NCBI GenBank assembly: GCA_043381765.1
Contig: JBHJMP010000530.1
Span: forward strand, 1-49,493
DNA length: 49,493 nt
Source: Collodictyon triciliatum
Lineage: Eukaryota
Reading direction: 5' to 3'
Below the pieces are notes generated by a model that made no database searches, was not told the origin of the DNA, and saw nothing but the letters and a program-made list of their open reading frames with translations. Below are positions 37,901-49,493 of the stretch, in pieces; position 1 is the first letter of the stretch; each line of letters opens with the position of its first letter. Made by a program: the position numbers and the translations under genes.

Positions 37901-40295
37901 ATAGTATATACATTATAGAAAGGAAGAAGAAAAAAACTCTTGCAAAAAAAAAAAGAAGGAATTAGACAACAATGGACGGTATATAAGCAGAAATTGAATG
38001 GGTGAAGGGGGTACCAAAGTGATGGGCTCATTCATTTGCTTTCCATTTGTTATAAGGTACATTCCTTCAAGCTCTGCTTTTGCACCTTGCGGTTCCCTTT
38101 CTTGGGTGTCAGATTCTGCATCTTCTTTATTCGACTCAACTGGTCGGGTTGAAGAACTTTGCTCATCAGGATTCTCTTGACTTGTTAGGAGCTATGTATT
38201 TATTTATTTATTTTTATTTTATTATATATTTTTTTTGTAAATATGAGAGGATGCTCAAAGGCAAAAAGTGTGCTGACAGGCATATGAATAGTTGAGAAGA
38301 AAATTGCCCATGCATGTAGAATGTTGATTTAAGTGTGTATACATGATACTGAGTAATGAATTAGATTAAATAACTATTTGGGACTTGAACTGCAGATTAT
38401 TTTTTAGCAAAAGTTTTTTACGTCATCCTCGATAGAGTCTTCAACATCCCATCCGTCATGGTCATCATGATCGCCTTTTTTTTCATTATGCTCTTCAACT
38501 ACATCCGCACGGTCTGTCTCGATAGATATTTCATCTCCAATAATCCCCACCTCCTTAGGTTTCATGTACTTTAGCTTTTCAGTAGCCTTGCGTCTTTCAA
38601 GGATACAACAATTAAGCTACATATAAAAATAAATCAGTTGTGAGCTTATAGTCAAAGTGTTTGATTGGCAAATAAATATATGTAATGTCAATGTCTTTGT
38701 AAAATGAATTGACCATTTGTAGCTTTTGGAAAATCAAGCAGTATCTTGTATTCGGAAGTCCAATTGTGACTCTAGGGATTGTGATAGAGTTTTCCCAATG
38801 CCAGCGCAACTCGTGTGTTATTTCTTTCCAAAGAAGGCTCATGGCTAGTTAGTTGGTTTTATGAGTGACTTGTATTATCAATTATATTAAAAGATCGTGC
38901 AATTCTTATAAAGCATGATATGCTGTATTTTTGACTGACTTCGAAGCGGTGGTAATTCATCGACAAACCTATTATTCCAGGCATATCACTCATGTAATGA
39001 GCCACCAGACTTAGCAATGAACCTGGTGGTGCACCTTTGATGGGCGAGGGCTTTTGGGTCAAATATTTCATGAGTAAAATACAACTTATAAATTCACTTC
39101 AAGAAAGAAATTTCGAACCCCGAAAGTGTATCAATCATCTCTTTTCTTTATTCGATTCCAAGGAAGGTATAAATGTCATATAACAGGCTGTAGGATAATC
39201 GAATAAACGGTGGAGGGAGAGAAAAACCTTGGATAATTCTGGATCTGCTGTCTGATGGTCAAACATATCTTGAAGAACGGCATTTATGTCAGAAGCTGAA
39301 GGAAGTTTCGACGATTGGATGCTGTTGGCAATTGTTTTCAAGATTCCGCTGCCCCAGTCCATCTCTGGATGCGGCGTAATACCAGCTATGCATCCCAAAC
39401 TCATTATTTGTGCCTCTTTTTTATAAAATTTTAACAAAGTCTTGTATCATGAACATCCAAACCGCATTTGATTGAAAAAATAAAAAAAAATGCTTTTTCA
39501 AATAAAATACATGGTGGTAGAACTGTGAATGATTGAAGAACTTCGGTTTCTTTCATTGTAACAAGAATCTTTCGAAAGGTTCGAGAATATGACACGCTCA
39601 GAGGGTCGATACTTTTTGGATTAAAATACGAGATTCAGAAAACAGAAACTGTAAGTTTTAAATATGTACAGATAAATATTATTATTGAATGCAAAATCTT
39701 AATTATGAATGTATTTAACTTTTTGGAAGAAAAAAGGAAAAAGGAAATGTATTACTTTGTTCTGTGTGTTATGTCAATTAGCCAGTTCGGTGCGTCTTTG
39801 GGCTTCAGATGAGAGAAAGATCCGTTGTCAATTAACTCATCCTCTGCAAAATTGCTCCATATGGCACTCAGTCTTACAGCTACGGTTTCCCATGCAAGGT
39901 TTAGGTGATGAATATTTGAAATTGGTTTAACTTCAACAAATTGTCTTGGATGGTGTTGGACTTTAAATGAATCGAGATTTGATTCATATATATATATATT
40001 CGCCACTTCAAGGATATGGCTTAGTTATCTAATTTTTTGACATTACATTCTATTGCATGAGAAGTGCTCGAAAGGAAATATACATTCAATAGGGTCTAAA
40101 GTCGGTCCCCAAGCAACAGAGGCCAACCAGTCAGTGGGTTGGATGTATGCATGGCTCGACGATGCAATATGTGCAACATCCTTTGCCTTAATCCATGCAC
40201 CTCTCCAAGAGTCGCGGCTGTTGTTTGTAAATGAAAGGGTATAGCTCAATTTAGCTGTCAAGTAAATAAGCTCGCCTCGAGGAACATTCCCGCCC
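34989..40295 (-). CDS. RAB3GAP1: Rab3 GTPase-activating protein catalytic subunit (5' end missing, interrupted by N-gap 35588-36330)
   Basis: Spliced motifs LLWKEITHELRWHWE, CLIFQKLQM|LNCCILERR, TEDMIQRQQE, RARLQSASLFS|DMQAFKAANPGALLEDFVRWHSPRDW, GKLSQRMTHPGNLW, LYDYTKEAE. The tentative last exon beyond the gap (NMYTAIK..LRLCFG, stop 34989-34991) is less certain. Confidence 0.85.
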
Positions 40296-40616
40296 TAATT
40301 GCACGTCTTTGTCAGTCTTGTGGTAGATAATACAGAAGTAACTTTACTTTCTTTTTTCCTTTTTTCTTTTTTTCTTTTTTTTCTTTTTTTCTTTTTTCTT
40401 TTTTTCNNNNNNNNNNNNNNNNNNNNNNNNNNNNNNNNNNNNNNNNNNNNNNNNNNNNNNNNNNNNNNNNNNNNNNNTTTTTCTTTTTTTCTTTTTTTCT
40501 TTTTTTTTTTTTCTTTTTCTTTTTTCTTTTTTCTTTTTTCTTTTTTCTTTTATTGAACGTCAAAATACAATGAATCTCCATCAGTGAGAAATAAAACAAC
40601 GCAACGTTTCATATAG

Positions 40617-43600
40617 TTCGATAGCATATTATGCTGCCTATGCTGTACAATCTTATCCCTTGGATATGAGTCAGTACAACAAGCTCTTCTCCACCACAAG
40701 AATACCGAAGTAGTTGTCTCTCTTTGTCCCAAAATATCATACCTTAGTATGACCTATCCGTTTTTCATTGAAATAATCATTGTTTTCGAGAAAAACCAAC
40801 GAAATTGATACATTTGATTTAGCCTTTAACAATTGATTTGATTGACACTAGGGTTGGACGTGATGATATCAAGATTCCGAGCAATCCCTCAACGTATGTA
40901 TTCTATATTCTGTTTCTACCATTTTTAATTAAGTTTCCCTATGATCATTATAAAATCAGTTAGTATTTGTATACCAACACTAAACCATACAACATAAATA
41001 ATTGTCTCGTGATTTATCAATTGTATGCCATCTAAGTACATGTATTTTAACAGAAACATAATTGTGATGTCAAAAAATCGCTTCTTCAAAATCGATGGCC
41101 TGGGTACTTACGGTCAATGGAAGACTGAAGCCGAGCTAGAAAGTGAAATTCTTGGGATTTTGAAGGTTGCTACATGTCCCCGAATGTCAAATTATGTGAT
41201 TGATATCCTTTTCCTTTTGGTTTTCTTTCGGTTTTCTTTTAGTTTTCTTTTAGTCTTCTTTTGGTTTTCTTTTGGTTTTCTTTTGGTTTTCTTTTGGTTT
41301 TCTTTTGGTTTTCTTTTGGTTTTCTTTTGGTTTTCTTTTGGTTTTCCTTTGGTTTTCCTTTGCTTTGTCTCAACTCTTATTTTATCTCGAAATTATTCTT
41401 TTCAATTCACATCAACATATCTATAGAGAACTGAAAGTGGACACGGTCCTGCAGTTGGTGCGTTAACAACAGAAGAGCGGTTGGTGCCTCATATATAATC
41501 TTCATTTTTTATTTCATCCATTCCCATCCATTTTTTATTTAATCATTCATCGAATTGTTGTGCACAAGACAAGCTGAACTATCTCGCTTTTATTCATTGT
41601 TATTACGCATTTGCTACTCATTACGACGAGGTTATTTATTGTTTTTTGTACTTTCCTTCATGTCGAATATATCATGTAGTGATACGTGGGCCAATGCTCG
41701 TGCTCATTTAGGGGTATGGTAAATTTTCCAAAAATTACGTTGTTCGCCTTTCTTTTTCTTTCTATCTCTATCTCTATCTCTATCTCTATCTCTATCTCTA
41801 TCTCTATCTCTATCTCTATCTCTATCTCTATCTCTATCTCTATCTCTATCTCTATCTCTATCTCTTTTACCTTATTTTTTCGCCGTGTCATATACTAATA
41901 ATCATCGCTTGATATTCCAGACAAATCCAAAGAATCGCGATGTTCTGGACGTTATTGATGGAGCGCTCTTTGTTGTGGCTCTGGACGATATCAAGCCGCC
42001 AACAAACGACGAAGAATGTGTGAAGGCTTTTTTGCATGGAGAGACAAGGTGATGTCCATTCTAGATAGTACGAAAGCAATTTTTGAACCTTCCTTGCGCC
42101 CCAGAAAAAGTAGAGAAATTTAATCATATTTATACAAAAGCAATCGTTGGTTCGACAAGTCTTTCTCTTTGATTGTTTCTAAAAATGGAGCCAGTGCTGT
42201 TAACTTCGAGCATGCATGGGGTGATGGCGTCTCTGTTCTCAGGTAACCCCATGCGTATATTCGTATGCCTCCAAATCTGCTTGCAATCCTGCAACTTTTG
42301 TATACTGATTAAAATCTGTTTCATTTTTACTTCACTGCTTTTTTTCTTTTACAAATAAATAATTATTCACAATGCCTTACCAACTCAAACCGTATTTTTT
42401 TTTAAAAAAAATGTATCATGTTTTGGTTATATGTGCAGATACACCAACGAAGTCAACGAAGAAAGTTTCAAGCAACCTAGTTGGTGGCAAGAAGGCGCTG
42501 TGGCTCCAAAGGATTCTGCCGCAGAACTCTCCTTTGTCGTTGATGAAAAGGTAATTTGGATTTGCCGCCGTTTATTATTCATTTAATATAGAGTTCTTGT
42601 ATTTTCCAATATTACAGCGAAGGGAGTGGCAGGTTAGATATCTGAAATTTTTTCTTAGTGATTCCGTGTTTTCTTTTCTATTCGCGCAGACCAAGGCATC
42701 GATCGAAGTTGCCAGCAAAAAGATTGAAACTACATCAGCTGCTCTTCAAACCAAAGTAACAACATGCGCGAATCAGATAAATGATTATCCATCACAACCA
42801 CCATACTCAGTAGCTACGGTAGTACTCGATAAGATGGAAGACACGTTCGATTACTCGTAACTATCACAGGTTTTCAGTTTCAATGGATTTGGAAAAGAGT
42901 TTTTGAAGAAGATGAATATCTCTCCTGATGGGGTGGCGCAAATGGCATTCCAAGTTGCATATCATCGCCAGTATGGGAAGGTTGTGTCCACATATGAATC
43001 TGCTAGTACCGCTGGGTTTAAGGTAAATAAATCATTGTGGTTATATGTTATTAGCTTCATTCATAAATGTGCTTTTGTATTAATTTTTTCATTATTTCCT
43101 CTCTTTTTTTCCCGATAATTAATATTAATTCTGAATTTCACTTTGTCAAGGCCGGTCGTACGGAGACAATTCGTTCTTGCAATAAAGTTTCAAGCAAGTT
43201 TGTGGAAGTCTTCAACAACCCTGCTAAAATCCCTGAATACGATGACCTTGTAAGGATTGTGTACATCAAAAAGCTTATTTCATTCATTTAGGGATGGTGC
43301 ATGTAATTTAAACGTATATAATAATTTTTAAATATCCTTCTGCTTTGATGATATAGGCACTGAAGGCTAAATCCTTGCGCCAAGCTGTCGATAATCACAG
43401 AAACATCTCCAAAGATGCTGCCATTGGACAAGTTCCATTTTTTTCATTTTTTTCCCTTCCTTACCTTTCTATTTTCTTTTTCTTTTTCTTTTTCTTTTTC
43501 TTTTTCTTTTTCTTTTTCTTTTTCTTTTTCTTTTTCTTTTTCTTTTTCTTTTTCTTTTTCTTTTTCTCTTGTTTGTTTCATGGACAAGCGCTGCATCAAG

Positions 43601-44280
43601 CGGATAGAAATGTGTAAATGTATTGGTGCCTCAATTGCCCTTCTCATCTACAATGATTCATCTTCAGGGAATAGACCGCCACTTGTTTGCTCTTGCCAAT
43701 ATCGCTGCTGAACACTCATCAAAGAATACCGCTGGAAAAATACCCGAAATATTCACAGACAAAGTATCTATTGAAAACATATATATGCGTGTGGTTGTTT
43801 GCCTTTGACGATGGGCAGTGAAAAGATAATACCCTGAGAATATGCTCCCTCATATGATTTATGGAGTGTGGTGACAAGCTATATCATCCGTTCTTGTGAA
43901 CTATTTCTAAATGTGCGCTTATACAGGCATGGCAGTTGATGAATCACAACATCCTGAGCACGTCGACACTCTCGAGCGAATTTATTGAGGGAGGTGGCTT
44001 TGGCCCTGTTGTTGCTGATGGATACGGAATCGGCTACGCTGTCTTGGATGACTTTGGAAGATTTGTCCTGAGCTCGTACAAGGTCTTGTCTTTTTCTCTT
44101 TTTTTCTTCTCTTTTTTTCTCTCTTTTTCAACATATAACAAAATTCCTAAATAGAGCGAGAAGGAGACTGTGGAATTTGGAGAGAATATCACCAAGGCGC
44201 TCGATGACATCGGAAAGCTTCTGGCGTGGGAAAAGGAGTCGGCCCCAAGGAAAAGCGGGAAAGAGGCAGAGACCCAGTAA
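40617..44280 (+). CDS. CPT2: Carnitine O-palmitoyltransferase 2-like (5' end missing)
   Basis: [33 protein letters not shown], catalytic [81 protein letters not shown]. Stop at 44278-44280. Confidence 0.9.
41213..41360 (+). repeat. (TTTTGGTTTTC)n 11-mer intronic repeat
   Basis: Seen directly. Confidence 0.85.
41761..41865 (+). repeat. (TCTATC)n intronic microsatellite
   Basis: Seen directly. Confidence 0.95.
43471..43566 (+). repeat. (TTTTTC)n intronic microsatellite
   Basis: Seen directly. Confidence 0.95.
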
Positions 44281-44961
44281 AGGACGTCTGGCTTGCTGGC
44301 ATGATGCGTTGGCTTTAGAAAGGGTCTTTTTTAATTCTTTTTCTTGATTCGTCATGATGAAGATGACTGCGCTCTCGCTCCGACTCAGTATCCCGTAAAA
44401 CAGCCTTTGCAGTTGACAACCGCGCATTCCGTGGACAATGATGCCTGGTTGAATTATGATAAAGATGGGATATTCCATTTGCAGCGGCAGAATGTGCCAT
44501 TCCGTGCTCAACTTGTATCGTTACAAAGAAAGGGAAAGTAAAAAAAAAAATGTGATGGTAGTATATAAGGAAAAGGGGAAAAAACGAAAGAAAAAATCAC
44601 TGGTGTCTGTAACTTTTTTTCTCTTTTTGATTTGTCAAGTACTTTGACAATAGATTCCACCAAAGCGCATTTCTTTTCCTTCCTGAAAGATTTATCATGC
44701 CACATTGGAAAGTATATAATCACGGATGGAGTTTTAGTGTCATGTGGGGAGGAAGACAAAGTGATGAATGTAGTGTGATGATGGCGCCGTCTAAGGCCAT
44801 AATTCTGTCGTGTTTCTGATTCGTTCAAATGTGTCAGGGGCTTCTTTTTTCTTTTCCTTTTTTTCTTTCCCGAGTTGGTGATAAACCCTCGCAACATGCG
44901 CTGTCGCGTTGGCCTCTCTCTCATTCCTGCCCACTTCTCTCGGGATGACCTATTCTGCAGC

Positions 44962-47599
44962 TCAGTTTGCTAGGAGAGCGGTGACTCCCTTGGGAGTTGT
45001 GCGGTCGTTGATGTGGATGGTTGTGTACCGAATCGAGTTCAGGAGCCCGTTCTGGGGTGGGTCAGACCGTTTAAGAAGCTCGATGCAGCGTTTTACCTGA
45101 GGCAGCATAAAACATTATGTTGTTGCCCTTGTCGTTTTTACGTCTCTTCTATTTTACAAAATAACTGTCTCTCTCTATCCTAATTTCTTATGCACTCTAC
45201 CTGAACAGGACTACGTTTGTGAAAGACTCCAAGTGGGTGGATGTGGTCGTAGAGTATGAGGCATCCGGTCATTGAGCGGAGAACGGCGTCCACTGCCGCA
45301 GGGTGGTGGATTCTGCATCAGAAATTAGTTTGTGTAAATCCCTCTTTGTCTTTTAGTTATCTCCGGGCTCATCATCAGACTCCAAGGTCAAGGAAAGATA
45401 TTATAGTAGAATATCAGGCATGTATTGTATTATATTGTATTGTATTGTATTGTATTGCATGAACATGGAGATATTAAACAGGAAAAGCGAGCGGATAGCG
45501 TCTTGGTAGCGGAGTGGGTCTGTTTCTCTACCTTTGCTTTTGTATTGTCCCTTGAAAAACATTTGTAATGAGCGCAAGTGACTGAGTGAATGGCTCTAAT
45601 GCGGTGGGATTTTCCAGAAGAAATTTTCTTGTTGTATCTGTCACTACTTTCATCATCTACGCCACCACAAAAGAAAAAAAAAATTAGAAATAATAGAGGT
45701 GTTAATCAAAAGTCGAGATTTAATAGTATACGTGCATATATGATTAAAAATAAATATTCCATTTTAAAATGAATACAAAATGCACCGTGGCCTATTATTT
45801 GAGCTACTTACAGGCGTTGGTGAGGCAAAGAACATGGAGATTTTGTTCGCAACTTCGTCTTTCATTCTACTGCTTTGTTCCTGTAAATAAAAAGAGGAGT
45901 GAAAGTCAAAGTGTGCTAACATTCGTGAACCTCAACTATTTAAAATTCTCCCAAGATTAATGATTATGGTTCGTTTTCTTTATTGAAACTGATTGCTAAA
46001 CGGTTAACGAAATAAGTAGTTGTGCATTTTTCGTGGGTATTGTTAAATGTAACTTACAACGCCTTTTTGTCTGTTGATAGTTCTTCGATAATATGAAAAA
46101 TCGTTCTGGATGTGGGGACATGACATCTTCGCATGAGACATCAAGCAAAAAACGTGTTTAGAAAATACATTTGTTGTTCTTCAAATAAAATGCTGATTTA
46201 TTCAAAAAATATTTTTCTCAGGAGATGGAATTCAAAGCACGAAGCAATTATTTCATTGGCTAAATTAGTTTCAAAAAAAAAAAGTTGGGACCGAACTTGG
46301 CATTTCTGGCTTACCTTTTTCTCATCGAAGCTGATAACAAAGTTGAACAATTCGCACAGCTCCTTCAAGACAGCCTGTCAAAATACGTGAATTAAGTTTT
46401 CGACTCGTGTGTCAATGATCTTTAAGGATTTATGTTTGATTTGTTCAATGCTAACAGCATGCACACAAGGGAAAAAAGTTACTCAAAAATAAAATGACCC
46501 TTATAAGCCCATACCTGGTGCTGTTGGAGAGTAGATTCACTTATGGACACAAGATGGTTACACAAAGCTATCACAGCAGTTTCTAAAAACAAGAATGCAT
46601 ATAAACAATTGTCCTGCTAAGAGAAAAATACATTGGCCAAACCTATATTCGTGGAAAACTCGAAAAAATCCTTCTGTTTGTAGACACATGGAACGACAGC
46701 GGCCCACGCGGCATCGTCATTTTCCTTTGAAGGTGTGCCGATGGCCTATTTCAAAGCATTCATATAAGATACCTTACGGTCTCAACCTTGAAACATTCAG
46801 TGCACCAATGTCTCAACAGAATGAGTTGATAGAATCGAAATTTCCCAGTCATTCATACAATGCTTGGTGAGCGAATAAATGAATATTGCACAATAAAAAC
46901 ATATGATATAATGAGGACAAAGCAGTTCAAAGCAGAAAGAAAAGAAAAATCATTTTGAACCATTTTATCACTGTGTACCTGTCGAATAAGCCCCTCGCAT
47001 CCTTTGTATTCATGCAGTGCAGCCAAATGCGCTGCGCCGTTTTGTAAAAGCGAGCGGATCTGATCACACACTTTCTTATCTGCCTCAGAGCTTGGAGGGG
47101 GATCTGTATGAGAAAAGGATGAATATAATTGCTCAAATGACATGGGCTATACAACACCTGCATAGAAGAATATCATAAAAGTATACTGTCCATACACTGG
47201 GCCGCATTAATTAACGCAGAGGTTCATTGAGGAGTCGTTTATCATTCAATCGAAGAGTCCGAGAAACAAGAAAAAGAAAGGGAAAAAGAATGGAAAAGAA
47301 TGGAAAAGAATGGAAAAGAATGGAAAAGGTTAAAGAAAAGATAGAGAAGAGACAAGGAAAAAGAAAAGACTGGAAAAGGTTAAAGAAAGGAAAAGGAAAA
47401 AGAAAGGAATAAGAAAGGAAAAAAAGGAAAAAGAAAAGATAGACAAAAAAGAAAGAAAAGATGAAAAAAGAAAAGAGAAAAGAAGAGACGAGTAGAAGAC
47501 GAAAAGCCAGCTTCCCTCGGAAGTTCGCTTACTTTCAAGATCAATTGCAATCTCCGAGTAATCACGCTGTTGGCTGCCTCCAGACATGAGCTGACCCAT
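44962..47599 (-). CDS. CYRI: CYFIP-related Rac interactor (CYRI/FAM49, DUF1394)
   Basis: Ten exons splice to MGQLMS..IDLE|NPPPS..YKGCEGLIRQ|AI..AWAAVVP..FDEKK|MSCPHIQNDFSYYRR..ANKISMFFASPTP|M..LRSMTGCLILYDHIHPLGVF..LLNSIRYTTIHIND. N-terminal MG fits myristoylation. Confidence 0.95.
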
Positions 47600-48119
47600 C
47601 CCGATTCCTTTCGCACTTGGTTTCTGAAAGCTGGCTTTGAATACTTCAGTTCAGATCGAGTCCTTGAATCGATATCTTTCAAGCGCGGTGCGGTTCGCAG
47701 GGAAGATCGCTGCTTCTCCAAAGGCTCCGCTTAAGCACTCGATTTTTGCAGTGTGTTCTGCTGCTGAACAAACGGGTACGTGATCAATTTCTTGTGCGTT
47801 ATGATCTTTGTTATATACAATAATTATGATTGTGTTTATATCATCAATTTCAAGTATATTACTATCATTATGCCATTATTATTACGTAAAAATATGTTTT
47901 TATATAATTTCCAATATTAGATAAAAATTCTGCGTTTTTGATGTAAAAAAAGTCTTAATTGGAGTGAAAGTCGGAGAATATTTCGAGCCGTTAACCACAC
48001 AACAAAAGGAAACAGAAAAATGGGGATGATAAAAGAAGGATAACTGCTTCTTCACTAATGCGACGGAGTCGGCGATCCTAAAAGAAAACGAAAACCCCTG
48101 TTAGGTTCACTCAGCAAGT

Positions 48120-49493
48120 ATGGGCGACTTGAGCCACGAGGATCAAATACACCCGTTTTCTCCAGCAGAGTCTTGTTTTGTTGACACGGCTTCCCAGAAT
48201 TCCAGAGTCGCACAAACGAGTCTCGGGCCGGGCAGGCAGAACGACAACCCGAGCGGACGCCACGAATCAGTCGAGAGCCTTCACAGTCATCAATCAAATC
48301 CACAACCGCTCCAGGAGAGCCTCACCACTGGTCATGCACATAATATATCGTGTTTGTCCTCACAGTCTTCACAACACAGAAACAGCGATAATTATGAACA
48401 CAAAGGAAAACCCGAAGCAAACGTGGATATTATTGTACAAAACAACGAAGCAGAAGTTGCCACAAAAAAGAATAAATTGCTCACTGTATTGAAGATGTGG
48501 TGGCTCATCACACGCCATATATATGCATCGACATGCTGGACAGTTTTTTTTATGTGGGTTTACTACTTACCGGCTATCGCACTGTCCACAAACATGCTGC
48601 TTATTGTCAGTCCCATCCTTTACGGTCACGTGAGGGAGATAACAGCTCGCTCTTTTAATATGATTTCGTACGCAATTATGTTCAGAGAAGTCTTCGGAAA
48701 TCATGACTCAGAGTCATACAGATTCATATTTTGGCCAAAGCTCTTGGCAGCATACATTTGTCACTACGCGCTCGAAGCAATATTTGTGTTTACAATACCT
48801 GTGCTTGATATTATTATGATACCACTCATATTATACATCTCAATAATGTACGTCCTCATATCGTATAAAAAACTATCAAAAATTCTTGCAAATCCTGATA
48901 TATTGAGGAAAGGCAAGGAAAGATGTTATCTAACTTTAAAACTTATCGTGGCGAGTTTGATTGCATTCGTATCATTCCAATTTGTTCTTCAGTCCTTCAT
49001 GAAGTCCAGTTTCCTGGAAAAGCTAGTCATCCGATTTATCTTGTATCCTGCCATTAGCTTCATCGTCAACAATTACCAACTCGCCGTCATCGGAGACATG
49101 GCGACATACCGAATATATATTACTCCAATCACTTATGTAAGATATGTTTTGCAGTTTACGAGCCGCTCAATGCTGACAAGCATAAGTCACAGTCCGCTTT
49201 CGATCCAATATGGCATCTTTTGTGTGGGGGCATCGTTGGCTCAGATTCTCAACAGAACCACAATCAAGCAGCAACAGCTCTTTTCTCTATCGTTTTTAGA
49301 GGTCGCCACAAAATGTGCCTCTATGGTAAAACGTGTTTATACATCATCAAGCTGGCCAAAACCCCGACATATATCTGTCGTTCCTAGCGCACACAATGAC
49401 AGGAATGACTCAACACAAGAGCTTTCCATCACGCAAAACTCATGCCCAATAATGAATGAAGAATTCAGAGTCATCCGTGCAATTCACACAATC
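48120..49493 (+). CDS. Intronless multi-pass membrane protein of unknown family (3' truncated by window)
   Basis: Stop-free frame read by hand from ATG 48120 (in-frame TAG just upstream) to the window end, 458 codons. About 120-aa hydrophilic N-terminus, then several hydrophobic segments (TCWTVFFMWVYYLPAIAL, LEAIFVFTIPVLDIIMIPLILYISIMYVLI, LIVASLIAFVSFQFVL, LVIRFILYPAISFIV). Confidence 0.8.
   Translation, partial: MGDLSHEDQIHPFSPAESCFVDTASQNSRVAQTSLGPGRQNDNPSGRHESVESLHSHQSNPQPLQESLTTGHAHNISCLSSQSSQHRNSDNYEHKGKPEANVDIIVQNNEAEVATKKNKLLTVLKMWWLITRHIYASTCWTVFFMWVYYLPAIALSTNMLLIVSPILYGHVREITARSFNMISYAIMFREVFGNHDSESYRFIFWPKLLAAYICHYALEAIFVFTIPVLDIIMIPLILYISIMYVLISYKKLSKILANPDILRKGKERCYLTLKLIVASLIAFVSFQFVLQSFMKSSFLEKLVIRFILYPAISFIVNNYQLAVIGDMATYRIYITPITYVRYVLQFTSRSMLTSISHSPLSIQYGIFCVGASLAQILNRTTIKQQQLFSLSFLEVATKCASMVKRVYTSSSWPKPRHISVVPSAHNDRNDSTQELSITQNSCPIMNEEFRVIRAIHTI

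Noticed and set aside
41203-41210. ATATCCTT as another U12 donor in CPT2 (a similar motif lies at 43332)
   Set aside because: Both lie inside introns already explained by in-frame GT-AG boundaries, and I found no matching branch or AC acceptor.

Overview
Gene-dense, intron-rich eukaryotic (probably protist) genomic DNA in the standard genetic code, with four N-gaps. Manual splicing resolves nine genes: USP40-like deubiquitinase (+), FLVCR/SLC49-like MFS transporter (+), TKL kinase with six SH3-like/MIB-HERC2 dyads (+), DHHC palmitoyltransferase (+), a large acylated DUF4062-NACHT-TPR protein (-), RAB3GAP1 (-, 5' end missing), CPT2 (+, 5' end missing), CYRI/FAM49 (-), and an intronless multi-pass membrane ORF running off the window end that the ORF track missed. 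Most notable: (1) an AT-AC minor-spliceosome (U12-type) intron in USP40, plus a second U12-like GT-AG intron at the DHHC|PW site; (2) a kinase carrying an interleaved array of Mind bomb-type substrate-recognition modules, recently expanded. Family calls rest on recalled motifs, not database searches. No rRNA, tRNA, CRISPR array or mobile element was recognised.
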